From an uncultured Actinomycetes bacterium (GTDB taxonomy: Bacteria; Actinomycetota; Thermoleophilia; RBG-16-64-13): a DNA stretch of 64,000 nt. The DNA lies in NCBI GenBank assembly GCA_963775295.1, contig CAVZIK010000006.1, positions 1,813,038-1,877,037 of the forward strand, read 5' to 3'. This document shows, one piece after another, positions 1 through 9,457 of this stretch (position 1 is its first letter; each line of letters opens with the position of its first letter). The notes below the pieces were generated by a model. That model worked only from the letters and a program-made list of their open reading frames with translations, made no database searches and was not told the origin of the DNA. Made by a program: the position numbers and the translations under genes.

Positions 1-1
1 G

Positions 2-1276
2 GCAAACATTCTCATCGACTCGTGCATGCTTTGCGACCTTTGCACGACCGTGTGCCCCGAGGATTTCTCCATGCCTGATCTCTGTCTTTCGGCGCGGCGG
101 GACATGTTCGAGCGCGGAAAGATGCCGCCGTCGGCTCATGAATTTGCTCTCGAAGACTACCGCTGGAGCCACGGCGAGGCCTTCGCGTTCTCGCGTCACC
201 AACCCGGTGCCAACCGTAGCGCATATGTCTTCTTCCCGGGATGCCAATTGCCGGCGTCGAACCCCGGCCAAGTGGAGCAGGTCTACGAATACCTGCGCAG
301 CAGACTTTCCGGCGGAGTGGGCCTGATGCTCGACTGCTGCGGGGCTCCGGCTCACTGGGCCGGCAGACAGGAATTGTTCGAACGGGGAGTATCGGACATC
401 GCCGAACGTTGGGAGGAGTTGGGGTGGCCCACGGTCATATTTGCGTGCCCAACCTGTCTGACATTGCTCAAGACTCGGTTGCCCGAGGCGAGGACAATAT
501 TCTTCACCCAGGTGGTGGAGGAAGTCGGGTTACCGGCGGCAGTCGATGACAGCGTCTCAGGGCCCGCGACCGGTGAGAGCCCCCCATCTCTTCGCGCGCT
601 TCACGACCCCTGCACGACCCGCCACCAGCAGGGGGTGCTGGAGAGCGTGCGCCGGGTGCTCGCTCGGGCAGGGCAACCGGTGGAGGAACTCGCGCTCTCG
701 CGAGAGATGACCGAATGCTGCGGGTGGGGCGGGCTCGAGTCCACAGCCAACCCCGAGTTGGCCAAGAGAGTTGCGGTGAGGCGCGCCGCGGAGAGCGCTC
801 TTGAGTTCGTGACCTACTGCGCCGTCTGCCGCGACAATCTGGCCGCCGTTGGCAAACGGACGGTTCATCTGTTGGATATCCTGTTTCCCGGCGAGCAGGA
901 CTCGGCCGCTCGGCCCAGGCCGGGCTGGTCTGAGCGGAGAGAGAACCGGGCTCGTCTCAGAAGTCGGTTGCTCTCGACAGTATGGCAGGAAGGAGGCCCA
1001 CATTTGGAGCCCTGGCTCGTTATTGAACTCCTCATTTCCCCCGAGGTGCGGGACCTTCTGGAGGTGAGACGGATCCTCGTTGAGGATCTGCAACAGGTCA
1101 TTCACCACGCCGAGACTACTGGTGAGAAGCTCTGCCACAGTGGGACGAGAAGATTCAAGGCCTGTTATCGGCCGCGGGCCGTGACGTTCTGGGTGGAGTA
1201 CTCGCTCCGAGGATCGACGTATGAGGTGCACGACGCGTACTCCCATCGTATGACCGCCGTTAAGGGAACGCCGTGA
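2..1276 (+). CDS. Fe-S oxidoreductase, C-terminal part (ferredoxin motif plus CCG-type cysteine-rich domains); resembles the pyridine nucleotide-disulfide oxidoreductase/dicluster protein of DVU_1557-type clusters; 5'-truncated by window edge
   Basis: Frame open from base 2 (ANILIDSCMLCDLCTTVCP, CxxCxxCxxxCP); FFPGCQL, DCCGAPAHWAG, ACPTC, HDPC, ECCGWGG, YCAVC; C-terminal TFWVEY...HDAYSHRM; GTGA overlap with next gene. Confidence 0.8.
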   Translation, partial: ANILIDSCMLCDLCTTVCPEDFSMPDLCLSARRDMFERGKMPPSAHEFALEDYRWSHGEAFAFSRHQPGANRSAYVFFPGCQLPASNPGQVEQVYEYLRSRLSGGVGLMLDCCGAPAHWAGRQELFERGVSDIAERWEELGWPTVIFACPTCLTLLKTRLPEARTIFFTQVVEEVGLPAAVDDSVSGPATGESPPSLRALHDPCTTRHQQGVLESVRRVLARAGQPVEELALSREMTECCGWGGLESTANPELAKRVAVRRAAESALEFVTYCAVCRDNLAAVGKRTVHLLDILFPGEQDSAARPRPGWSERRENRARLRSRLLSTVWQEGGPHLEPWLVIELLISPEVRDLLEVRRILVEDLQQVIHHAETTGEKLCHSGTRRFKACYRPRAVTFWVEYSLRGSTYEVHDAYSHRMTAVKGTP

Positions 1277-1488
1277 GCGACCTGGGAGGCATAAGCCAGG
1301 ACGACATGCTCTGGACCTGCTGCCGGTGTTCCGTTGCCATGGAGGTCGGTCCGGTGGAGTTGACGTATCTGGGTAATTCGTTTTGGATTGATCTGCCCCG
1401 TTGTCCCAAGTGCGGGCTCTACCTCGTCCCCGAAGAATTGGCTACCGGCCGAATGAACGAGGTGGAACTCTTGCTGGAGGACAAATGA
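1273..1488 (+). CDS. Small CxxC...CxxC redox/metal-binding protein (DVU_1557 family-like)
   Basis: 71 aa; WTCCRC and RCPKCG motifs, ends EVELLLEDK; 4-nt overlaps with both neighbours. Confidence 0.8.
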   Translation: MSDLGGISQDDMLWTCCRCSVAMEVGPVELTYLGNSFWIDLPRCPKCGLYLVPEELATGRMNEVELLLEDK

Positions 1489-2891
1489 CTCTCAGGGTTA
1501 CCGAGACGCTCTGCCCGGTCTGCTTGGCGAAAGTTCCGGCGGCGCTCGTCGCCAAGGACGAAACGGTCTTGCTTGAAGGGCACTGCCCGGAACACGGCAT
1601 GTGGCAGACATCCATTTGGACAGGACCGCCGTCGTGGGAATCGTGGAATGGCGCCGGTTGTAGCGAACTCCCCCGCGTGAACGGCGCGACCATCCCCGCC
1701 AAAGCGGACAGGACCGGCGCCACGTATGCAGCGGCGGAGCCTGCGCCATACGATTCGTGCCCGGGTGAGTGCGGACTTTGTCCCGATCATGGGCAGCACA
1801 CTTGCACCGCGGTTCTCGAGGTGACCCGACGCTGCAATCTTGCGTGCCCGGTTTGTTTCGCTGATTCTTTCACCGACCCGATCGTCGCCGACTCCTCGGT
1901 GGACGACTTGGCCCGGGTCTTGCAGGAATTGTTCGAGAGCCAGGGCCCGGTGAACATTCAGTTGTCAGGCGGAGAGCCTACGATGCGGCGCGATCTCCCG
2001 GAGGTTATCGGCGCTGCGAGGGCGGCCGGTTTCACCTTCGTTCAGGTCAACACCAACGGTCTTCGTCTAGCGGTGGAGCCGGGATACGCCGAGGCGCTGC
2101 GCCGCGCGGGGCTGGAGTCCGTATTTCTCCAGTTCGACGGTCTCCGCGACGAGACGTATCGCACACTTCGCGGACGGCCGCTGCTGGAGCAGAAGTTACG
2201 GGCTCTTCATCACTGCGCAGCGGCGGGACTTGGTGTGGTGCTCGTTCCCACAGTGGTAGCGGGTGTAAACGATGACGAACTCGGCGACTTGGTCCGTTTC
2301 GCCGCGGGACGACCGGGCGTGGTGCGCGGTCTACACCTTCAGCCCGTCAGCTATTTTGGCCGCTTCGGAAACGGTGACCGTCCCCGGCTCACGATGCCGG
2401 AAGTGTTGCGCAGGTTAGAGGCGCAGACCCGAGGCGATCTGAAGACGTCCGATTTCAGGCCCAGCGGTTGCGAACACGTCCGTTGCTCGTTTCGGGCGCG
2501 GTACTGGGTGCGGGAGCATGGGAGGCTGGAACTTGTTCGGTCAGAGGCATCCTGTTGCACTCCCAAGTCAGATCAGCTGGGCGCCGCGGCTAGGCGGGCC
2601 ATCGCCGCCACCTCCCGTCAATGGCGTCGTCGAGCAGGGTCGACCCGCATGGGGCAAGCGGATGGATCGGAGGGGGCGGAGGCGCCGGCCGACACGCTTG
2701 CGAGATTCCTGGACGACGCCGATCGTATTCTCTGTGTCTCGGGGATGCTGTTTCAGGATGCTTGGAGCATCGACCTCGAGCGCATACGGCGATGCTGCGT
2801 GCATTCGGTGGTGCCCGGGCGCGGCCTGGTGCCGTTCTGTCTCTGGAACCTGACAAGCGAATCAGGCGAGAGACTCTACCCTAGGGCCTGA
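1485..2891 (+). CDS. trsS: Radical SAM protein, TrsS-like, with Tes/GDGT-MAS (MJ0619)-type architecture
   Basis: ATG at 1485 overlaps upstream TGA; CPVC...CPEHG, CPGECGLCPDH, CNLACPVC, SGGEPT, NTNG, LQFDG, C-terminal FQDAWSIDLERIRRCCVH...PFCLWN. Confidence 0.8.
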   Translation: MTLRVTETLCPVCLAKVPAALVAKDETVLLEGHCPEHGMWQTSIWTGPPSWESWNGAGCSELPRVNGATIPAKADRTGATYAAAEPAPYDSCPGECGLCPDHGQHTCTAVLEVTRRCNLACPVCFADSFTDPIVADSSVDDLARVLQELFESQGPVNIQLSGGEPTMRRDLPEVIGAARAAGFTFVQVNTNGLRLAVEPGYAEALRRAGLESVFLQFDGLRDETYRTLRGRPLLEQKLRALHHCAAAGLGVVLVPTVVAGVNDDELGDLVRFAAGRPGVVRGLHLQPVSYFGRFGNGDRPRLTMPEVLRRLEAQTRGDLKTSDFRPSGCEHVRCSFRARYWVREHGRLELVRSEASCCTPKSDQLGAAARRAIAATSRQWRRRAGSTRMGQADGSEGAEAPADTLARFLDDADRILCVSGMLFQDAWSIDLERIRRCCVHSVVPGRGLVPFCLWNLTSESGERLYPRA

Positions 2892-2988
2892 GCCCACCTC
2901 GACACATTGCCCGGCTCTTTGGGAGACACGGCCGCGGGGAAGATGATATGTTCCACGCGTGCGGTCCATGCCGACTCGGGGGAAAACA

Positions 2989-3432
2989 ATGGCCACCCAA
3001 GAGAATCCTCGTATCGAAGTCATCCACACTGCGAAGAACGACCCCACATACAATCTTCCGTATTCACCAGCGATCAAAGTGATCGGGGGCAGGTTGTTGT
3101 TCACGGCGGCCATGGCCGCTCCTACCTACCACCACCATCCACACCGGCCGGAGGAGTTCGACCATCTCCCCGAAGATACGGCCGAGCAGGCACGCCTCAC
3201 CATGGAGCAACTCAAAGAGATACTCGCCGCCGCGGGCGGGACGTTGCAGGATGTGGTCTTCGTCACCCGCTTCATCCGGGACATAGCCGAAAATCAAGAC
3301 GCCATCAATCGAGTCTGCGGCGAGTACTTCGGAGACCATCGACCGTCCAGCGTGACCGTGGAAGTGGTCCGCTTGGCGACAGATCCCCGCCTGAAGTTCG
3401 AGATGAGTGTCGTGGCCGTGGTGCCCGAGTAG
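2989..3432 (+). CDS. RidA/YjgF/UK114 superfamily protein
   Basis: YSPAIKVIGGRLLFTAAM, EQARLTMEQLKEILAAAGGTLQDVV, EYFGDHRPSSVTVEV, LKFEMSVVA. Confidence 0.85.
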   Translation: MATQENPRIEVIHTAKNDPTYNLPYSPAIKVIGGRLLFTAAMAAPTYHHHPHRPEEFDHLPEDTAEQARLTMEQLKEILAAAGGTLQDVVFVTRFIRDIAENQDAINRVCGEYFGDHRPSSVTVEVVRLATDPRLKFEMSVVAVVPE

Positions 3433-3520
3433 GACTCCGAGGGAGCAGCGTTGGTCGAGGCCTTGCCGAAAAAATACGAGTCCCGGGGGAGACGCCACGG
3501 CAAAGGATTGTCTTGAAACT

Positions 3521-4129
3521 GTGAGGCCGACGAAGCGTGCGCGGAGCGCCGATCGACGGCGGCAGGTCGCGGAAGTGACTCTCGGTTTGATAGCCAGACA
3601 CGGTCTGCCAGGAGTAAGGTTGGCGCAAATAGCGGACGAGATCGGCATCACCGACGCGGCGCTGTACAAGCACTTCGCCTCCAAGGAAGACATACTCATC
3701 GCCGCCTACGATATTCTTGCCAAAAGGGTTTTCGACTGGATCGACGCGCGCCCCGGTGCGACCGCCATCGAGCGGCTCCAATCCATTGGGGAGACTCATG
3801 CGTCCGCGTTCTCTCGAGACGTCGACGGTTTCAACGTGCCCATGTCGCAGTTCAACGTCTGGATTCCCCAAGATCGTCTTCGCGACCACGTCGACCGCAC
3901 GCACAGGGCGATAATGGACGCCTTTGTCAGACTGCTGGACAAGGGGAAGACCGAGGGTTCCGTGCGGAACGAAGTCGATTCGGAAGTCATCGTGTCCGAA
4001 CTTTACGCGTGGATCTGGTGGGAAGATCTCAGCCATCTTCGCGGACTCGACCCGAGAAGCATTTCCAAAGGCTCGGCCGAGATGTTCAGTCGCATACTGG
4101 CCGATGTTGGGCTCGAACCCGGCCTCTGA
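3521..4129 (+). CDS. TetR/AcrR family transcriptional regulator
   Basis: HTH ARHGLPGVRLAQIADEIGITDAALYKHFASKEDIL; GTG 3521 after AAAGGA, start approximate. Confidence 0.85.
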   Translation: MRPTKRARSADRRRQVAEVTLGLIARHGLPGVRLAQIADEIGITDAALYKHFASKEDILIAAYDILAKRVFDWIDARPGATAIERLQSIGETHASAFSRDVDGFNVPMSQFNVWIPQDRLRDHVDRTHRAIMDAFVRLLDKGKTEGSVRNEVDSEVIVSELYAWIWWEDLSHLRGLDPRSISKGSAEMFSRILADVGLEPGL

Positions 4130-4164
4130 GGGCCTTATTCGCTAGGAGGATCCCGCGTCGCAGA

Positions 4165-4199
4165 CCACCAAAAAGGGTCCCGCTCGCGCGAGACCCTTC
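4165..4199. terminator. Hairpin between convergent genes (possible terminator)
   Basis: AAGGGTC...GACCCTT inverted repeat preceded by an A-run, between the TetR and lipoprotein stop codons. Confidence 0.45.
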
Positions 4200-4256
4200 T
4201 GGCTGCTTCGCCGCCCTCATGCGGCAAGGGCGTTGAAAAGACCCTGTCGTGGCGGC

Positions 4257-5318
4257 CTACTGATTGCTCACCGGAGCAGTGGCCGTGCCGTCCAGTCCCG
4301 CGCCGCCAAGCGCTGCTCCGCCCAGGGTTCCGAGCGGGCCAAGCAGTGACGGGTCGGCCTGAAGAGCCTTCTGGAGCGCGTCCCACGACTCGGCAGAAGC
4401 CGGGGCAACGACAGATACCGGTTGGTTGACGTCTTTCATAGCCAGTGTGAGGGAGAGGTTGATAGCGTTGATCCCCCCAGAGTCCTGCCCGGCGGGCGGA
4501 ACGATCTGGGCACCCAACGAGGCCTTCATGACCGTGAGTCCATCTTCGGCGACCCACAGATCGGCCTTGAGATTGCGGAACATCTCAGGCAACTGAGTCT
4601 CAAGGCCATCCAGACTTTGGAGGCCGGGAAGGCCGCCGTTGGTTCCGGCTGCGGCATTCGTTTGCCCCATCATGCCCGAGAACTGGCCACTCTGCAGGAG
4701 CTTGAAGACGTCGTTGGCGATCGCTGTGAGGTCCGGAGCAGCTTCGAGGTGATAGACCGCTACGCCGTCAAGCGTCTCCTCGCCCACCATCGTAACGTTC
4801 TTCATCCAAGTCGCGGGATTTATGCCCGCATCCGTGAGCATCTTCTGTACGTCAATGGTGGTCGTGGTCTGCGAGGTGGAACCGCCGAGCGTCTGCATCA
4901 TCTCCGCCGGGGCCTCGTACCATTTGCCGGCAACTGACAGGAACAACTTGTCGCCGACCAGCTTTGCGCCAAAGTTCATCGCCTTCCCAGACAGTGAAGC
5001 GTCGACGGTCAGGTCGAGGGCCCGGGTCTGGCTTGCGAAAGTGAGCTGGCCCGATACCTGCATCGGTTGGCCGACGAAAGAAAGCTCATCAGCGGGGACC
5101 TTGGTCTTGTCCAGGTCGAAAGATACTGAGAGATCGAAGTTCGCTTTGGCGCTCGTGATGTTCGAGGTGGCTTCCATCGAGGCAGCCAAGATGCCTGCGG
5201 GGGTCTGGTCGTCGCCGGCCCCGGCGTTCTGGGGAGCGGTACCGCAACCGGCAAGCACTAACCCGAGCGCGAGCACCAATGCAACGACTATCAACGGTGC
5301 GATCAACTGCCTTCTCAC
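4257..5318 (-). CDS. Lipoprotein, LppX/LprAFG-like (lipid-carrier-type) fold suspected
   Basis: Signal peptide with lipobox LAGC; beta-rich pattern, GKWYEAP, VGEETLDGVAVYHL, DVNQPVSVVAP. Confidence 0.65.
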   Translation of the reverse strand: MRRQLIAPLIVVALVLALGLVLAGCGTAPQNAGAGDDQTPAGILAASMEATSNITSAKANFDLSVSFDLDKTKVPADELSFVGQPMQVSGQLTFASQTRALDLTVDASLSGKAMNFGAKLVGDKLFLSVAGKWYEAPAEMMQTLGGSTSQTTTTIDVQKMLTDAGINPATWMKNVTMVGEETLDGVAVYHLEAAPDLTAIANDVFKLLQSGQFSGMMGQTNAAAGTNGGLPGLQSLDGLETQLPEMFRNLKADLWVAEDGLTVMKASLGAQIVPPAGQDSGGINAINLSLTLAMKDVNQPVSVVAPASAESWDALQKALQADPSLLGPLGTLGGAALGGAGLDGTATAPVSNQ

Positions 5319-5664
5319 GGTGACTCCTTTGTTGGCGGCGATACCGTAGTTCTATCGGCTAAAAACTCCCGCAACTTCAGTCATCTGCTCAAATGGGCGT
5401 TTGGAGGTCCGACGTCGCCATGGAAGACATTACGCAATGAGCTTACAGGATATCCCGGCCCTAGCCTTTCGGCCAACCCCGCGGGATTCTTTCGCCAGAG
5501 CCTTGCAATTCAGTGCTTCTTGCTGGACATTGAGCAATCAAATGCGAACTTGCCAGTGAGGCGCCGATGCGGAAGGAGTCGACATGTTCCGGTCATCGCC
5601 CCAGGGGCTCGTCCCCGACCGAAGCATGAGCCCGCTTTGCCTCGACCGGGCGATGAGCTAGCAG

Positions 5665-6246
5665 ATGGAATACGTCGCCTTTGTCCGCGGCATCAACGTA
5701 GGTGGACGCAGGCCGGTCAAAATGACCGGCCTGCGGAGTGCGTTCGAAGCCATGGGCTTTTGGGACGTGCGGACCGTCTTGGCCAGTGGGAACGTGATCT
5801 TCGAAACTGAGCGGCCGGTTCCCGCGGGTGAGGCCGCCGCGTCGGCCGTCGACGACGGTCTGCGCGACAGCGTCGCCCTTGCCGAGCGTGTGGGGCGTGG
5901 TCTGCTGGAGACGTTTGGCCCGTCGCTCTCGGTGTCGGTGCGCACTATCGTCGATATTCGGCGGCTGGTGGACTCTGACCCCTTTCGAGATCTGGCTCCG
6001 ACCCCGAGCACGAGACTCTACATCACCTTTCTCTCACGGCCGGAAGAAGGACGTCTGGATTTCGTGTACGAGTCCCCAAACCGTGATCTCACGATCCGTC
6101 GGATCTCCCCGGGCGAGGTTGCCGGCACCGTGGTTCTCTCGCCGGGGCGCGGGACCACCGACCTGATGAAGCTTCTGGACAAGGAGTTCGGACCGACCGT
6201 GACCACCCGTAACTGGGACACCCTAGTGAAGGTGGCGAAGGCGTGA
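5665..6246 (+). CDS. DUF1697 family protein
   Basis: YVAFVRGINVGG...VRTVLASGNVIF and terminal TTRNWDT. Confidence 0.85.
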   Translation: MEYVAFVRGINVGGRRPVKMTGLRSAFEAMGFWDVRTVLASGNVIFETERPVPAGEAAASAVDDGLRDSVALAERVGRGLLETFGPSLSVSVRTIVDIRRLVDSDPFRDLAPTPSTRLYITFLSRPEEGRLDFVYESPNRDLTIRRISPGEVAGTVVLSPGRGTTDLMKLLDKEFGPTVTTRNWDTLVKVAKA

Positions 6247-6352
6247 CCACTCGAAGCCGAGGGGTAACGTTATAAAGGCCTGATAATTGGCGAGACGGCA
6301 GGGATCTGATACAAGATTGAAAGACTAGCGGTGGACTTGAACGAGGAGCGTG

Positions 6353-6480
6353 ATGGTAGAAGTCCTTGGCATCTCATGCGTGCGACGCATGAGCAACACC
6401 GAGATCCTTGTCGAAGAGGCGCCGATGGGCGCGTATGGGGGCCGAGGTCGAACTCGTCCGCCTGCACGATCTTCATGCTC
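6353..6480 (+). pseudogene. Frameshifted remnant of a flavodoxin-fold (NADPH-dependent FMN reductase/iron-sulfur flavoprotein) gene
   Basis: After GAGGAG: MVEVLGIS..RRMSNTEILVEEA in one frame continues as MGAEVELVRLHDL in another; together they match the family N-terminus (compare 60064..60642); no CxxCxxC follows. Confidence 0.55.
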
Positions 6481-6592
6481 AAGCCGCCGACCAACACGAG
6501 CGAGTTGCCGACGAAGCTGGAGAAGTGCAAGGGAAATCCGCAATACTCGAAACCCTAGCGTTCCCAGGCGCTCGAGCAGCGAAGGAGAAAGC

Positions 6593-6880
6593 ATGCCGGC
6601 CTATGTGATCGCGAAGATCCGCGTGGATGATGCCGAGACTTACGAAGAGTACCGTCGCATGGTTCCTGCCGTCATAGAAAGTTTCGGCGGCCGCTACCTC
6701 GCTCGCGGCGGGCGCCACGAAACTGTCGAGGGCGACGCATCCCCCGGCCGGGTGGTCGTTCTGGAGTTTCCGAGCTACGAGGACGCCCGGCGCTGGTACG
6801 ACTCGCCCGAATACGGGGTCGCGAAGGAGATCCGCCAGCGCTGCTCGGTGGGCGAAGTCCTGATAGTCGAGGGCGTGTAG
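6593..6880 (+). CDS. DUF1330 family protein
   Basis: AAGGAG RBS; PAYVIAKI...FGGRYLARGG...VVVLEFPS...WYDSPEY. Confidence 0.9.
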   Translation: MPAYVIAKIRVDDAETYEEYRRMVPAVIESFGGRYLARGGRHETVEGDASPGRVVVLEFPSYEDARRWYDSPEYGVAKEIRQRCSVGEVLIVEGV

Positions 6881-6944
6881 GGCTGCAGCGCTCCGTAGAA
6901 CTGTCGTCTCGAGGCGGAAGCCGGGTAAGTACTAGAATGGCGCT

Positions 6945-8045
6945 ATGCAAGGCTACCAATACCGCTTCGAGGAACGGCAAACCCTGTTGCCGTGGGTGGG
7001 GCGACCCGTCCCCGTTCCGCCAAGGGTGGACCGGGTGGAGCTGCAGCAACTGGCCGACCGGACCCGTGGCATGTTGCTCGGGGTGGCGATCGGAGACTCT
7101 TTAGGCAATACCAGCGAGGGGATGACCCCAGCTGAGCGGAGTCGACTCTACGGCCAGATTCGCTATTATCTTCCTCACCCTCGCGAGGACATGCGTTGTA
7201 TCGGCTTCCCGTCGGACGATACTCAGCTCGCATTCTGGACGGTGGAATCCTTGCTGCGTCGCGGTTTTCTGGATCCAGCAGACTTGGCCGACACGTTTGT
7301 TGGACCACGCATTTTCGGCCTGGGCAAGGCGGTGACGGACTTCGTTCTCGCCTATCGGTTCGATCACAAGCCGTGGTATGAAGCCGGGAGCCCCAGTGCC
7401 GGTAACGGCGCCTTGATGCGGATCGCCCCTGTGATCCTGCCGCACCTGCGCGACATGACCGCCGACCTCTGGTCCGACGCCGTCGCGGCCACGATCGTAA
7501 CCCACAGGGATGAGGCAGCCGTGGTCGCGGACGCCGGGTTCGTGGGATTGCTCTGCGAATGTCTGGCTTGGTCGGGTGATCAAAGTCCGCCCGCTCATTG
7601 GTGGTCGGAGACCTTTCTGCGCTACGCTCGACCGATGGAGACCGGGCGCGTCTACGCCTCGCGGGTCCTGGGCGACTCGTTCAGAGGCAGCCTCTGCGAT
7701 AGGGTGGAGCAGTCGGTAAGGCCCGCGGTCGAGTCAGGAATGACCGTCCTGCAGGCCGCCGAACTGTGGAACTCGGGGACGTATCTCTTGGAAACGGTGC
7801 CGTGTGCGCTTCACATCCTTGCTCGGCACGGCGCCGACGCGGAAGAGGCCATCGTTCGTTCTGTCAACGACACCAGAGACAACGACACCATAGCCGCCGT
7901 CGTCGGGGCGGCCGTGGGGGCGCTACACGGGCTGCGCAATTTGCCACTCCCTTGGCAGGAAGGACTGCTCGGGCGAACGGTCGAGGACGACGACGGTCGT
8001 GTCCAGGAGTTGGTGGAGAAGGCCGTGCAGGCTTTCGTCGTCTAA
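6945..8045 (+). CDS. ADP-ribosylglycohydrolase family protein
   Basis: GMLLGVAIGDSLG, SDDTQL, GNGALMRIAP, DNDTIAAVVGAAVGALHG. Confidence 0.9.
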   Translation: MQGYQYRFEERQTLLPWVGRPVPVPPRVDRVELQQLADRTRGMLLGVAIGDSLGNTSEGMTPAERSRLYGQIRYYLPHPREDMRCIGFPSDDTQLAFWTVESLLRRGFLDPADLADTFVGPRIFGLGKAVTDFVLAYRFDHKPWYEAGSPSAGNGALMRIAPVILPHLRDMTADLWSDAVAATIVTHRDEAAVVADAGFVGLLCECLAWSGDQSPPAHWWSETFLRYARPMETGRVYASRVLGDSFRGSLCDRVEQSVRPAVESGMTVLQAAELWNSGTYLLETVPCALHILARHGADAEEAIVRSVNDTRDNDTIAAVVGAAVGALHGLRNLPLPWQEGLLGRTVEDDDGRVQELVEKAVQAFVV

Positions 8046-8064
8046 GAGAGGAGATTGGCTGCTG

Positions 8065-9315
8065 GTGATAACTCCTAACGCCTACTTCATAGCAGCTCTG
8101 GCCGGGGTCCTCATAGTGGACGGGCTGGGGAGCGCTGCGGAGGTGCTGAACCTGCGCCGTCTCAGTTCCGATCTTCCTCCCGAATTTTCAGAGGTCTACG
8201 ATGCTGAGACCTATGCCAAGTCCCAGCGTTATACGCGAGTTCAGACCCGATTCGGTTTCTGGGCGGCGGGGTTCGATGTGGTGGCACTGCTCGCGTTCTG
8301 GCTGTCCGGTGGCTTCGGCTGGCTGGACGGTCTGCTGCGAAACCTCGACATGGGCCCGATACTGACCGGGCTCATCTTCTTCGTGGTGCTGGGAGTGGCG
8401 AAGAGCATACTCGATCTCCCTTTCAGCCTCTATGCGGTCTTCGTGATCGAGGAACGCTTTGGTTTCAATCGTACGAGCGGGCGAACCTTCGTCCTGGACT
8501 TGCTCAAAGGGGCGGCGGTGTCGGCGCTGCTGGGACTCCCTCTTCTCGCTGCCTTTTTGGCGATCTTCCAGTACCTCGGCTGGTATGCGTGGCTCATAGC
8601 CTGGGCGGTTGGGGCCGTCACCACTATCGTGCTGCAGGTGATAGTGCCCACCTTCATACTGCCGCTGTTCAACAAGTTCACCCCCTTGGAGGATGGTGAG
8701 CTTCGGTCCGCGATCTTCTCGTATGCGGAAAGGGCAGACTTTCCGCTCAAGGCGGTCTATGTCGTCGATGCGTCCCGTCGCTCTACAAAGGGCAACGCCT
8801 ATTTCACCGGGTTCGGCAAGAGCAAGAGGATCGCCCTTTTCGACACCATCGTGAATCGTCACCCGACTCCGGAGTTGGTCGCCGTCCTGGCCCACGAGAT
8901 AGGGCACTACAAGAAGAAGCACGTGCTCCTGGGAAGTGTGACCGGCGCCGTCGAGATGGGACTGTTCTTGGGGCTATTCTCCATCTTTCTGAAGCAGCAG
9001 GGCTTGTTTGCCGCTTTTGGCGTGTTGCAGCCCTCGGCTTACGTGGGTGTCGTGGCCGTCGCTATCCTGCTCCGTCTCATGCAGTTCGTGCTTTCCATGG
9101 GTAGCGCCGCGCTATCCCGTCATAACGAGCGGCAGGCGGACGCTTTTGCAGCCACGACCACCGACGGCGGAGCACATCTGGCAGACGGTTTGGCGCGACT
9201 GTCCAAGGACAGCCTCTCCAACCTCACGCCTCATCCGTTTTATGTCTTTCTGAACTACTCACATCCACCGGTGCTGGAGAGAGTGCGGAAGTTGCGGGGC
9301 CAGCAGAGAGGATAG
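8065..9315 (+). CDS. M48 family (Ste24-like) membrane zinc metalloprotease
   Basis: Multiple TM segments; SRRSTKGNAYFTGFG, HEIGH, ERQADAF, YSHPP; start approximate (GTG after GAGGAG). Confidence 0.9.
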   Translation: MITPNAYFIAALAGVLIVDGLGSAAEVLNLRRLSSDLPPEFSEVYDAETYAKSQRYTRVQTRFGFWAAGFDVVALLAFWLSGGFGWLDGLLRNLDMGPILTGLIFFVVLGVAKSILDLPFSLYAVFVIEERFGFNRTSGRTFVLDLLKGAAVSALLGLPLLAAFLAIFQYLGWYAWLIAWAVGAVTTIVLQVIVPTFILPLFNKFTPLEDGELRSAIFSYAERADFPLKAVYVVDASRRSTKGNAYFTGFGKSKRIALFDTIVNRHPTPELVAVLAHEIGHYKKKHVLLGSVTGAVEMGLFLGLFSIFLKQQGLFAAFGVLQPSAYVGVVAVAILLRLMQFVLSMGSAALSRHNERQADAFAATTTDGGAHLADGLARLSKDSLSNLTPHPFYVFLNYSHPPVLERVRKLRGQQRG

Positions 9316-9382
9316 GTGGCTTCAGGCCGTGACGAGGTTCGGGATGGTGGCGGAGGCACCGGAACACTGTCTTGGTCAGACG

Positions 9383-9419
9383 GCGGGAGATGCGTCGCGG
9401 ACCGCGACGCATCTCCCGC
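9383..9419. terminator. Perfect ~17-bp-stem hairpin between convergent genes
   Basis: GCGGGAGATGCGTCGCGG-A-CCGCGACGCATCTCCCGC; no U-tail. Confidence 0.6.
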
Positions 9420-9457
9420 ACTGACAACGTCGGCCGCGACGGCCGGTGACGCCGGGA

